64,000 nucleotides of DNA, from NCBI GenBank assembly GCA_029882395.1, contig JAOUKT010000001.1, positions 159 through 64,158 of the forward strand, written 5' to 3'. Shown here one piece after another: positions 20,737-30,004 of the stretch (within the stretch, counting starts at the first letter, position 1; the number at the start of each line of letters is the position of its first letter). A program made the translations under genes and the position numbers. The notes beneath the pieces are model-generated. The model was not told the DNA's origin. It did no database searches and saw only the letters and a program-made list of their open reading frames with translations. The DNA is from Gammaproteobacteria bacterium (GTDB lineage: Bacteria > Pseudomonadota > Gammaproteobacteria > SZUA-229).

Positions 20737-23640
20737 ATGACGGCTAAACCAGACACCACAACTGATGACAATGCTTTCTTTTTTGTCGAGCATGGTATTA
20801 ACCTGCAACAGACGATCAGTGAGCATATTTATAATACTTTACAAAATCAGTTACCGGATCTGAACCAACTGGTCATAATAGTACCGGCTCCTGACCTGAT
20901 TTATACATTCAGAAAGTTTCTGCTGTCATATTTATCATCAAAAAACATCAATGCCATCATTGGTACTGAAATAAGTCCGCTAAGGAAATGGGTTGAGAGC
21001 AATATATTGCTCAATAATCAACAGCGAAGCTTTATTAACAACCATTGCCGTCAGTTGATTATTTTAGAGGCGCTTCAGGCATACCCGGCTCATTTTAAGG
21101 ATGAAAATCTCTGGCAGGTCTCCGCCTCTTTATTACAGTTATTTGATGAATTGACACTTAACAGTCTGAACCCTTCCGCGATTAATGAGACCGACTGGCA
21201 GCAACGACTTAAAACGCTTTATGCGGTCAATACAAATCCTGAGCACCTGACTAACGAAGCTCAGCTGATTTATCAGTTATGGTCAGCCTGGCACCAGCAG
21301 TTAGAAGATGACTCGTTAATTGACCAGACCAATGCTTATGTTCAGCGCTTAGAAAGCCGCTCGGCACAGGCGATAAAAGATAAATTTTTTATTATTGCAG
21401 GGGCTGAAAAACTCACCTTAAATGAAATGGCATTTATCAAAAACCTTTCATTATCCAATACCGTGCATTATTTTATCCAGGCCAGTCCTGAAGATATTAA
21501 ACATCAACAGCACCCGGATCATTTTGTTCATAAAATCATAGAGTCACTGGCTTTCAATCAGAAAATTATAAAAAACCCTGACGCCAATGCTGTCATCAAT
21601 AAGGCATTTGAGCACCACCTGGCCATTAATGTGCGCGCCCGGCATGATAAAACAAACGCTGACAGCAACGACAACTTTTATGTTTTTGCCGCCTTTAATG
21701 AAGACCATGAATCTAGCGCCGTCGATTTACAAGTCAGGCAATGGTTGTTAGAAGGTAAACGCAATATAGCCATTGTTACTGAAAACCGTAAACTGGCCAG
21801 GCGCGTTCGTGCATTATTAGAACGCGCCGGTATCAACCTGATTGATTCTGTTGGCTGGTCGTTATCGACAACCAATGCGGCCAGTATCGTCGAACGCTGG
21901 CTGCAATGCATTGAGCAGGACTTTGCCGCAGTCACCTTGTTAGATTTTTTGAAGTCGCCATTTTTTAAAGATAATGAGCGTAATGACAGCTTGCTGAACG
22001 ATATTTTTAGATTTGAGCAGGACATTATTTTTCATGAGCGCATTAGCGGCAATATTCAGCGTTATAAGAACGCCCTGCAACTACGAAAAAACCGGCTAAC
22101 GCACTGGGAAAGCTCTTGTTACGAAAACATTCATCATTTACTTACAGAATTAGACGAACAGTCACGCACACTTGTAAGCTTGTTTCTCAGCAATAAAAAG
22201 GTAGCCGCCAGCGAGTACCTAAAAGCCTTGTCACAAAGCTTTATTCAGCTTGGCATTACCTCCTCATTACAAATGAATGAAGCCGGTGAACAAGTTTTAG
22301 CTGAAATCACGCACATGTTAAATGCCTGTGAAATATCTGATCCTGATATGAACTGGTTTGACTTTAGAACCTGGCTATCCAGCGCCTTCGAAAACCATCA
22401 CTACAGCCCCAGCAGTGCCGCATCACATGTCAGGCTGCTTAATCTCAAACAGTCCAACAGTGGCTATTACGATGCGGTTATTATCGCTTCCACAGAAGCT
22501 ACTCAGCTACCTGGCCCTGCGCCGAAAACGCCTTTCTTTAACCATCATGTGAGGCACTCGCTGGGGCTTTCTGACTGGCAACAGCACAAATCAGAGAAAT
22601 ATTATTTATTCAGACGGCTATTACAGAGCGCCGGCCAGACACTGGTTACCTATTGCATAGAGAAAAATAATGAAGAACAGCTGCCATCCCCCTGGCTGCA
22701 GACCCTTTTAGACTTTTATCAGCAGAGCCAAAACGACTCGCATTACCCTGCGTTTCTGTATGAATTACTCAAAAGCAATAAAACATCGGTATTGTCTTCG
22801 ACAGATATTAAACTACCGGACCTCACTGTTGCCGCAAGCCCCATGATCGGTCAAAGCCGGATACCGGCAAGTTTTACATCATCAAGACACCAGCGACTGA
22901 TCAATTGTCCCTATCAGTTTTTTGCCAATGATGTGCTTGAGTTAAAAGCGCCTGAAGAACTCATTTTAGAGCTACAGAAATCCGAATACGGACAAAAAGT
23001 ACATAAAATACTCGAAATGTACCACCTCAGCAAAGTACCTAAAAATACCTTTGAAGACGCGTTAAAGCTGCTTCAAAGCATTTCGGAAGAAAGCTTCCGG
23101 CAGGAAATTGAAGATAATTTTCTGCATCGCGGCTGGTTAAAGCGATGGCTGGATCACTGTGAAAACTACCTGAAATGGCAACAGCTTCGTGAACAGGAGT
23201 GGGCATTCCATGATGCCGAAACAGATCACCTTGTGAGTTTGAAAAACAATATAGAGCTTAAAGGTCGTATCGACCGAATTGACAAACAAGCGGCGGCTTT
23301 AGCCATTATCGATTACAAAACCAGCAGCAAAACACCATCACAGTCAGATGTATTATGCGGCGAGGATATTCAGCTCAGCACTTATGCGCTATTAGTTGAA
23401 AACATTTCACAAGTCGAATACTTGAAACTGGACGAGGCTAATGGAAAAGTCAGCTCCGGGGCCTTGCTCGAAGCTGAAGAACTGCATGTAACCACGCAAA
23501 AAACCAAAGAACGTTTGTTAGACCTGGTTAAGCAGCTGGAAAACAACGTGGCGCTGATTTCTAACGGCAACGAAGAGGTCTGTCAGTTTTGTAATATGTC
23601 GGGGCTTTGCCGAAAGGACTTCTGGCGCCTGAACCAGTAA
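20737..23640 (+). CDS. PD-(D/E)XK nuclease family protein, AddB/RexB-like: inactivated-helicase N-terminus plus C-terminal RecB-type nuclease with Cys iron-staple
   Basis: 967 aa. No Walker A in the N-terminal half. C-terminus has IDRIDK…IIDYKTSS (PD-(D/E)XK D…D-YK motif) flanked by one Cys (DVLCGED) and CQFCNMSGLC (CxxCx5C), the AddB-type Fe-S arrangement. Starts 12 bp after the fdxA stop. Confidence 0.7.
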   Translation: MTAKPDTTTDDNAFFFVEHGINLQQTISEHIYNTLQNQLPDLNQLVIIVPAPDLIYTFRKFLLSYLSSKNINAIIGTEISPLRKWVESNILLNNQQRSFINNHCRQLIILEALQAYPAHFKDENLWQVSASLLQLFDELTLNSLNPSAINETDWQQRLKTLYAVNTNPEHLTNEAQLIYQLWSAWHQQLEDDSLIDQTNAYVQRLESRSAQAIKDKFFIIAGAEKLTLNEMAFIKNLSLSNTVHYFIQASPEDIKHQQHPDHFVHKIIESLAFNQKIIKNPDANAVINKAFEHHLAINVRARHDKTNADSNDNFYVFAAFNEDHESSAVDLQVRQWLLEGKRNIAIVTENRKLARRVRALLERAGINLIDSVGWSLSTTNAASIVERWLQCIEQDFAAVTLLDFLKSPFFKDNERNDSLLNDIFRFEQDIIFHERISGNIQRYKNALQLRKNRLTHWESSCYENIHHLLTELDEQSRTLVSLFLSNKKVAASEYLKALSQSFIQLGITSSLQMNEAGEQVLAEITHMLNACEISDPDMNWFDFRTWLSSAFENHHYSPSSAASHVRLLNLKQSNSGYYDAVIIASTEATQLPGPAPKTPFFNHHVRHSLGLSDWQQHKSEKYYLFRRLLQSAGQTLVTYCIEKNNEEQLPSPWLQTLLDFYQQSQNDSHYPAFLYELLKSNKTSVLSSTDIKLPDLTVAASPMIGQSRIPASFTSSRHQRLINCPYQFFANDVLELKAPEELILELQKSEYGQKVHKILEMYHLSKVPKNTFEDALKLLQSISEESFRQEIEDNFLHRGWLKRWLDHCENYLKWQQLREQEWAFHDAETDHLVSLKNNIELKGRIDRIDKQAAALAIIDYKTSSKTPSQSDVLCGEDIQLSTYALLVENISQVEYLKLDEANGKVSSGALLEAEELHVTTQKTKERLLDLVKQLENNVALISNGNEEVCQFCNMSGLCRKDFWRLNQ

Positions 23641-23664
23641 CAAAGGCTGAAAATTCAGCCTTTG
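23641..23664 (+). terminator. Hairpin between convergent genes (likely terminator of the AddB-like gene)
   Basis: Perfect 10-bp inverted repeat CAAAGGCTGA-aaat-TCAGCCTTTG starting one base after the stop at 23640. The downstream T tract is weak (TT). Confidence 0.45.
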
Positions 23665-23742
23665 TTACTCAAATATCAGTACAACTCGGCTGATTTAAAG
23701 CCCTGTTAGCTGAATGACTAGTGAGCAATAAAATGACTGCGG

Positions 23743-24816
23743 TTATTGAACAGCGAAAAGCTCTCCATTAATACTGCTGAACATGATCATACCCGAATAG
23801 GCAACCGGAGCCGCGAGGATTTTATCAGACGCTCTGTATTTCCATAACAATTTACCGCTTTCACTGATCGCATAGAGGTGGGTATCGTGACTGCCAATAT
23901 AGGTGATGTCCGATGCGATCGTGGGTGATGATAATACAGCGCCTGCTGTTTTATATTCCCAGATTCGCTTTCCCGTTTCTTTATTCAAAGCATAGATATA
24001 ACTATCACCGCTTCCAAAGATAATACTGTCACCATTAATCGCCGGTGAAGAATAGACCCGGCCTGCCGTTTTCTTATTCCAGACTTCCTGGCCTGTTTTC
24101 TGGTTAAGCGCATAAAGGCGCTTGTTATCACTTCCAAAATAAAGTTTTTCATCATCCAGTGCTGGCGAAGAATATATACGACCGCCTACTCTAAACTTCC
24201 ATTGTTCCTGACCCGATCGGGTGTTAATGGCATACATAAAACCATCAAGACTTGAGACATAAGCATACTTACCCTTTACAGCAGGTGAAGTCGGTATGCC
24301 GCCTTTGGTTTTAAAGCTCCAGACTTCAGCGCCGCTGTCCGCATCCACCGCATACAGGTGCTGATCCTCACTGCCAAAATAGACAATGCCGTCATGCACG
24401 GTAGGGGCTGAATAAATCTGGCCTTTGGTTCGGAAATTCCAGATAGTAGAACCATTATTGGCATTAACCGCGTATAAGTTACCATCCCAGCTGGCCACGT
24501 AAACGGTGTCACCTTCCACGGCAACCGCCACTTCAATATTGCCACCTGTGCGGAATTTCCAGAGAATAGCGCCATCGGATGCGTCGAGGGCGTATAAGTT
24601 ACCGTCTTTGCCACCCAGGTAGACCCGGTTATCAACCGCTATCGGTGATGAATAACTCTTATCGGGCAAGCTATATTTCCATTTCAACTTATCCAGTTCA
24701 TCGATACCACTGCTATCCGATCTGCCCGAATGCATGGCATCTCCACGGAACATCATCGAGGCCCCACCACAACCTGAAAGCATTATCACCAGACAAGCAA
24801 CAAAGAAATATTTCAT
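23743..24816 (-). CDS. PQQ-like beta-propeller repeat lipoprotein
   Basis: Lipobox LSGCGG; about seven repeats of the form …YLGGKDGNLYALDASDGAILWKF… Not in the usual BamB context (hisS/yfgM/der), so it is not called bamB. Confidence 0.7.
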   Translation of the reverse strand: MKYFFVACLVIMLSGCGGASMMFRGDAMHSGRSDSSGIDELDKLKWKYSLPDKSYSSPIAVDNRVYLGGKDGNLYALDASDGAILWKFRTGGNIEVAVAVEGDTVYVASWDGNLYAVNANNGSTIWNFRTKGQIYSAPTVHDGIVYFGSEDQHLYAVDADSGAEVWSFKTKGGIPTSPAVKGKYAYVSSLDGFMYAINTRSGQEQWKFRVGGRIYSSPALDDEKLYFGSDNKRLYALNQKTGQEVWNKKTAGRVYSSPAINGDSIIFGSGDSYIYALNKETGKRIWEYKTAGAVLSSPTIASDITYIGSHDTHLYAISESGKLLWKYRASDKILAAPVAYSGMIMFSSINGELFAVQ

Positions 24817-24950
24817 GCGCGAAAACATAAAAGCTCCATCAAACAATATTAGAATTTAACCAAAATCAGACTGATATTTTTTAATATATTAATAACAATC
24901 ATACGGATACAGTTACTTTAGCACAATTTACATTAAAAAAAGAGCAAAGC

Positions 24951-26015
24951 TCATTGATCCCTTCCTGCATGACACAATAACTCATATGATATGGTCGAAG
25001 CGGCTTTGGCTACTTCATTCACGTCAAGCTGCCCGCCCCATAAGATAACCTCATCTCCCGTCTGCACGGGGGCCTCACAATCGGTGACATCAACGCATAT
25101 CGTGTCCATTGAGACCCGACCGACTAATGGACAACGCTGGCCATTCACCAATAGCGGTGTTCCACTAGCTGCATGGCGCGGATAACCATCGCCATAACCG
25201 ATGCCAACTACAGCGATTTGACTGTCTCTGGTGCACGACCAGAGACCACCATAGCCCACTGACTGGCCCCGGCTAAGCGAGTTTATTGCGATCACCTGAC
25301 TTTTTAATGTCATCACCGGCTTTAAGTCATACTCGGATGCCGGCTGCGTCGCAAACGGAGACGAACCGTAAAGCATGATGCCAGGACGGACCCAGTGCTT
25401 GATCGCTTGCGGCATTGAGAGTATCGCGGCTGAATTGGCCAGACTGGCTTCCAACCCTAACTGCTGCTGGCACTGGTTAAAGGCGTCAAGCTGGCTTTGA
25501 TTTAAGGCTGATGAACTGTCATCTGCATTCGCAAAATGACTCATCAGCCGCACTTTTTTGACCACAGCTGCGTCTTCCAGTTGCTGCGAGAGTAAAGCGG
25601 CCTGCTTCAGAGCCACACCCAGACGATGCATGCCCGTATCCACTTTCAACCAGCAATTGAGCTGATGCTGACTAACTGCCTGCGACAGCAGTTCAACCTG
25701 CCAGTCCTGATGGCAGACCGGCTGAAGATTAAAAGCCAGGCATTGATCCAGTTGTTGCTGATTTTGAAAACCCTGAAGAACAATGAGTTCCGCATTGATG
25801 CCCGCCTCCCTTAAAACCAGCGCTTCATCAACACAAGCCACCGCCAGCGCATCGACTGCGTTTTCCAGCTGACGACCAATGCTGAGCATGCCATGACCGT
25901 AGGCATTGGCTTTAATAACGGCAATAATTTTGGCATTAGCGGAATACTGACGCACTACCGAGAGGTTGTGCATTAACGCCTTTAAGTCGATTTCCAGACG
26001 CGCATTGCGTTGCAT
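24951..26015 (-). CDS. alr: Alanine racemase
   Basis: 354 aa; PLP-lysine motif AVIKANAYGHG near the N-terminus; C-terminal Alr domain. Confidence 0.9.
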   Translation of the reverse strand: MQRNARLEIDLKALMHNLSVVRQYSANAKIIAVIKANAYGHGMLSIGRQLENAVDALAVACVDEALVLREAGINAELIVLQGFQNQQQLDQCLAFNLQPVCHQDWQVELLSQAVSQHQLNCWLKVDTGMHRLGVALKQAALLSQQLEDAAVVKKVRLMSHFANADDSSSALNQSQLDAFNQCQQQLGLEASLANSAAILSMPQAIKHWVRPGIMLYGSSPFATQPASEYDLKPVMTLKSQVIAINSLSRGQSVGYGGLWSCTRDSQIAVVGIGYGDGYPRHAASGTPLLVNGQRCPLVGRVSMDTICVDVTDCEAPVQTGDEVILWGGQLDVNEVAKAASTISYELLCHAGRDQ

Positions 26016-27409
26016 TAAAAACCATCACCATTATAAATTTCAGGCATGTGATTTTCAAAACGCGTATATTTGCCAAGGAAGGTTAAGCGGCAGGTCCCTA
26101 TCGGACCGTTACGCTGTTTGGCGATAATGATTTCTGCCGTGCCTTTTTGCTCGCTGTCTTCGTTATAGACTTCATCACGGTAAATAAAGACTATTAAATC
26201 GGCATCCTGCTCAATCGCTCCCGACTCACGCAAATCTGACATCACCGGTCGTTTATTAGGCCGTTGCTCAAGACTACGGTTAAGCTGAGATAAGGCAATC
26301 ACCGGTACTTCAAGCTCTTTAGCCAGGGCTTTTAATGAGCGTGAAATTTCAGACACTTCAGCAGTTCGGTTTTCAGAAGCGGATTTGGCACTACCTTGCA
26401 TTAATTGCAGGTAATCGATCACAATCAGGTCCAGGCCGTGCTCGCGTTTTAACCGACGCGCCCGGGCGCGTAATTCTGAGGGTGACAGCGCAGCCGTATC
26501 ATCTACAAATACTTTGGTTTGCGATAGCATGCTCACGGTCGAGGTGATTCTTGCCCAGTCATCATCTTTGATCTGACCGGTGCGCAAATTATGCTGATCA
26601 ATACGGCCCAAGGACGATATCATACGCATAGAGAGCGACTCGCCCGGCATTTCCATACTGAACACGGCAACGGTTTTACCATTGCCAATGGCCGCGTTTT
26701 CTGCCAGGTTCATCGCAAAGGTGGTTTTACCCATAGACGGCCGGCCGGCAACAATCACCAGCTCCCCGGCCTGCAAACCCGAGGTCATTTCGTCAAAGGT
26801 GTCGAAGCCCGTGGCAATACCAGTGATTGCACCTTCGTTTTGATAGAGCTGATCTATCTGATCGACTGTATTTTTTAACAGCGCATTCATGCCAACAAAG
26901 CCTTTTTGGTTTCTGGCTCCCTGTTCGGCTATTTTAAAGACATTTTTTTCAGCCGAATCGAGCAACTCACGACTGTCACGGCCTTCCTGATTATAAGCAC
27001 TTTCGGCGATTTCAGTGCCAACGGCGGCTAACTGACGCAATATCGATTTTTCACGCACGATATCGGCATAGGCTTTAATATTCGCAGCGGTTGGCGTTTC
27101 TTTTGCCAGACGCCCCAGATAAGACAGCCCGCCTGCCTGCTCCAGCTGATCGGTGGACTGCAGATGTTGCGACAGGGTCACCGCATCATTGGGCACATCT
27201 TTGGCTTCCAGTTCCTGTATCGCCCTGAAAATCAGACGATGATCATGCCGGTAAAAGTCATCATCAGAGACTCTGTCGGCAATTTTTTCCCAGGCCCTAT
27301 TATCCAGCATCAGCCCGCCTAAAACGGCCTGTTCTGCTTCGATAGAGTGTGGAGGAACTTTTAGTTGGCTAACATCTGTGTCGCCGGGATAAGGTATCAT
27401 TTCTGCCAT
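26015..27409 (-). CDS. dnaB: Replicative DNA helicase DnaB
   Basis: 464 aa; Walker A GRPSMGKTTFAMN, and DnaB N-terminal and RecA-like domains. Confidence 0.95.
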   Translation of the reverse strand: MAEMIPYPGDTDVSQLKVPPHSIEAEQAVLGGLMLDNRAWEKIADRVSDDDFYRHDHRLIFRAIQELEAKDVPNDAVTLSQHLQSTDQLEQAGGLSYLGRLAKETPTAANIKAYADIVREKSILRQLAAVGTEIAESAYNQEGRDSRELLDSAEKNVFKIAEQGARNQKGFVGMNALLKNTVDQIDQLYQNEGAITGIATGFDTFDEMTSGLQAGELVIVAGRPSMGKTTFAMNLAENAAIGNGKTVAVFSMEMPGESLSMRMISSLGRIDQHNLRTGQIKDDDWARITSTVSMLSQTKVFVDDTAALSPSELRARARRLKREHGLDLIVIDYLQLMQGSAKSASENRTAEVSEISRSLKALAKELEVPVIALSQLNRSLEQRPNKRPVMSDLRESGAIEQDADLIVFIYRDEVYNEDSEQKGTAEIIIAKQRNGPIGTCRLTFLGKYTRFENHMPEIYNGDGF

Positions 27410-27551
27410 ATTGAAATTAGACCATAGGGTCTGTTCTGCCGCAACGAGATGACGACAATTATTATAAGATAACTTGAAACAATAACGATATCACTGAAAG
27501 CTGTCACTAAATATCAGATCATTAATGCAATAACTCAGACCACAAACGCAC

Positions 27552-27584
27552 AAAAGCCTGCTCAGTTTACCTGAGCAGGCTTTT
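27552..27584 (-). terminator. Rho-independent terminator of the rpsF-rpsR-rplI operon
   Basis: Perfect 14-bp inverted repeat AAAAGCCTGCTCAG-tttac-CTGAGCAGGCTTTT, 40 bp past the rplI stop. A second small hairpin, ATCGCCA-N9-TGGCGAT, lies at 27597-27619. Confidence 0.6.
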
Positions 27585-27624
27585 GATTGATCATTAAATC
27601 GCCAGAATATGTTTGGCGATTTAA

Positions 27625-28083
27625 TTACTCTTCGTCTTCCTGACCAACTACAGTCAGTTTAAGCGTCGCATCAACATCCGTTAATAAGTGAATCGCAATA
27701 TCATATTCACCGGCCTGACGAATGGCACCGTGAGGCAAACGAATTTCACGTTTAGCCAGCTCGATACCCTGAGCCGTTACATGCTCTGCGATATCAACAG
27801 TACCGACCGAACCAAACAGCTTGCCTTCGTTACCGGCACGAACTGTAATCGTCGTTTCCAGACCATCCAGTTTTGCCTTACGCGCTTCAGCAGCACTCAA
27901 GGCTTCAGCTGCCTGTTTCTCAAGCTCAGCACGACGCGCTTCAAAAGCCGCCAAATTTTCAGCTGTTGCTGCAGTTGCCTTGCCTTGTGGTAACAAGAAG
28001 TTACGTGCAAAACCAGACTTTACGTTTACTTTATCGCCTAAACCACCTAAACGATCAACTTTCTCAAGTAATATGACTTCCAT
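27625..28083 (-). CDS. rplI: 50S ribosomal protein L9
   Basis: [36 protein letters not shown]… is collinear with E. coli L9. Confidence 0.95.
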   Translation of the reverse strand: MEVILLEKVDRLGGLGDKVNVKSGFARNFLLPQGKATAATAENLAAFEARRAELEKQAAEALSAAEARKAKLDGLETTITVRAGNEGKLFGSVGTVDIAEHVTAQGIELAKREIRLPHGAIRQAGEYDIAIHLLTDVDATLKLTVVGQEDEE

Positions 28084-28143
28084 CACTTATACCCTCTATT
28101 TTATTTTCCAGTCTGATAACCAGACTGAAAAGAAATTTTAACT

Positions 28144-29046
28144 CTATGAATTCATTCCCGGTGATATCTGTTTTCGGATATCAACCCAGGCATCTAATAA
28201 ACCTAATATTGCTAAAATGACCATCACCTGCGGGATCAAAAATAGCAAGACATAAAAACCGAACATCCAGCCTCTGGATAATTGCTTTTTAGCAATGATA
28301 CCGTGCATGATGGCTGTACCCTGTAACAGCGTCATCGTCACCATCAATAGCATCGAGCCCAGCACCCAGTCATTATCAACAAGAACATTGGCGATTAAAA
28401 ACAACGCCGTTGCTGATGCAAATACTTTGCCCAGTCGCAACTCGTTAAATTCACGAGCCAGACCACCCGGGTTAAACAAGCCGGCCTGCCACCAGCGACC
28501 AATTAGCAATGCCATCAGGATATTAAATATCATCACAATCGACAGCAAACCAATAACCGCATGCGCAAACAGCTGCAACAGACTTTCCAGCTGCACCGGA
28601 TCAACCTGCGTTCCGGCCTGCTCTAAAGCAGGTTTTAAAATCAGCTCAAAGGCTTCGCGCCAGGTTTCCCCCATCGAAGGAAACAGCAGGTACAAACCAG
28701 TAACAATTACCAGACCCAATACAGTCAATAATTGCAGGCTCAGTATTAAAGAAACACTTTGCCTTAAAACATAAGCTATTAAACCTGCCGGTAGCCACAA
28801 AAAAAGCAGATACCCTATTGCCAGTAATGGTGTGCCGAATATAACCCAGCTCATCACCAGTACTGCCAGACTGGCTATTGCCGTTGCCCTGAAAGCAACC
28901 TCTTTATCCTGATGCAGAACCACCAGTATAAGAGCCGCTGCACTTATCCAGGAAAACGGCATTAATATAATCGCTAGCAATGCACTGCTAGCCATCACCA
29001 GAGCAGCCTGACTCGGGCCCCGAAGGATAAATCGAGCCAGTACCAT
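28144..29046 (-). CDS. DUF2232-like polytopic membrane protein inserted between rpsR and rplI
   Basis: 300 aa with ~7 predicted TM helices. It occupies the same rpsR-X-rplI position as the conserved hypothetical membrane protein seen in Pseudomonas-like genomes. Confidence 0.6.
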   Translation of the reverse strand: MVLARFILRGPSQAALVMASSALLAIILMPFSWISAAALILVVLHQDKEVAFRATAIASLAVLVMSWVIFGTPLLAIGYLLFLWLPAGLIAYVLRQSVSLILSLQLLTVLGLVIVTGLYLLFPSMGETWREAFELILKPALEQAGTQVDPVQLESLLQLFAHAVIGLLSIVMIFNILMALLIGRWWQAGLFNPGGLAREFNELRLGKVFASATALFLIANVLVDNDWVLGSMLLMVTMTLLQGTAIMHGIIAKKQLSRGWMFGFYVLLFLIPQVMVILAILGLLDAWVDIRKQISPGMNS

Positions 29047-29064
29047 GTTCAGTTCAGCCTCTTA

Positions 29065-29286
29065 TCAGTGGCGGTCAGTGTATGGGATTAACGCCAAGTA
29101 ACGAGCACGTTTAATCGCAGTTGATAACTGACGCTGATATTTTGCACCCGTGCCGGTTACACGACTCGGTACAATTTTACCCGCTTCACTCACGTAGTTT
29201 TTTAACATATCCAGATCTTTATAATCGATCATTGTGGAGCTGTCACCGCTAAAGCGGCAGAATTTTTTACGACGGAAAAATGCCAT
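29065..29286 (-). CDS. rpsR: 30S ribosomal protein S18
   Basis: [14 protein letters not shown]…[11 protein letters not shown]; the canonical S18 start is used. Confidence 0.95.
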   Translation of the reverse strand: MAFFRRKKFCRFSGDSSTMIDYKDLDMLKNYVSEAGKIVPSRVTGTGAKYQRQLSTAIKRARYLALIPYTDRH

Positions 29287-29349
29287 GATTGTATTCCTCA
29301 TCTACCAGTCTGGCTATTTACAGACCGGTATTAACAATAAATTTTTGAA

Positions 29350-29763
29350 TTACTCTGCGTCTGCTGCAGCTGACTCATCATCTGCAGAATCTATATCATC
29401 GGCTTCTTCAACCGGTGCAGCACGCTCTGTTTTCTTCTCTTCGTCTTTTTCTTTCATCAGTAAAGACGCTTCTGTAATCGCTTCTTTTCGTTTGATGATC
29501 AGATTACGCAGAACAGCATCATTAAATTTGAATGCCGACTCCAGCTCAGACAAGGCTTCGCCATTGCACTCAACATTCATCAAAATATAATGCGCTTTGT
29601 GGATTTTGTTAATTGGATACGCTAACTGACGACGACCCCAGTCTTCCAGACGATGGATAGTACCACCAAAAGACTCGATCATGCTGCGATAACGATCGAT
29701 CATAGCATTAACTTGATCGCTTTGATCTGGGTGTACCAGAAATACTACTTCATAATGACGCAT
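29350..29763 (-). CDS. rpsF: 30S ribosomal protein S6
   Basis: [18 protein letters not shown]… with an acidic C-terminal tail. No priB lies between rpsF and rpsR. Confidence 0.95.
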   Translation of the reverse strand: MRHYEVVFLVHPDQSDQVNAMIDRYRSMIESFGGTIHRLEDWGRRQLAYPINKIHKAHYILMNVECNGEALSELESAFKFNDAVLRNLIIKRKEAITEASLLMKEKDEEKKTERAAPVEEADDIDSADDESAAADAE

Positions 29764-30004
29764 TTTTACATGCTCCTTACGGTTAAGATGCCCCCTGTAG
29801 CCGATGTATGTATAACCGGGTCAGTGGAGCAAGGAGTAAAATTACAAGGCGCGTATTTTAATTAGCTATGCCGCTACAAGCAAGCTAAATCAACGCTTTT
29901 TACCGATTACATGCCTTTTATTGAGAAAAACGCTATATTTTACTGAGGAATCCCGAAAATCAGTGCGTTGCTGATAAAAAGTACAATAGCGGGACAAACG
30001 ACAA

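Noticed and set aside
19380-23640. Possible genomic island integrated at tRNA-Asn (orphan regulator, fdxA, AddB-like nuclease).
   Set aside because: There is no integrase, no recognisable direct repeat of the tRNA 3' end downstream, and no evident GC shift by eye. The genes look like ordinary chromosomal content.
23743-24846. Calling the PQQ-repeat lipoprotein BamB.
   Set aside because: The architecture (lipobox plus PQQ propeller) fits, but the genomic context (next to alr/dnaB rather than yfgM/der) does not. It is left as a generic PQQ-propeller lipoprotein.
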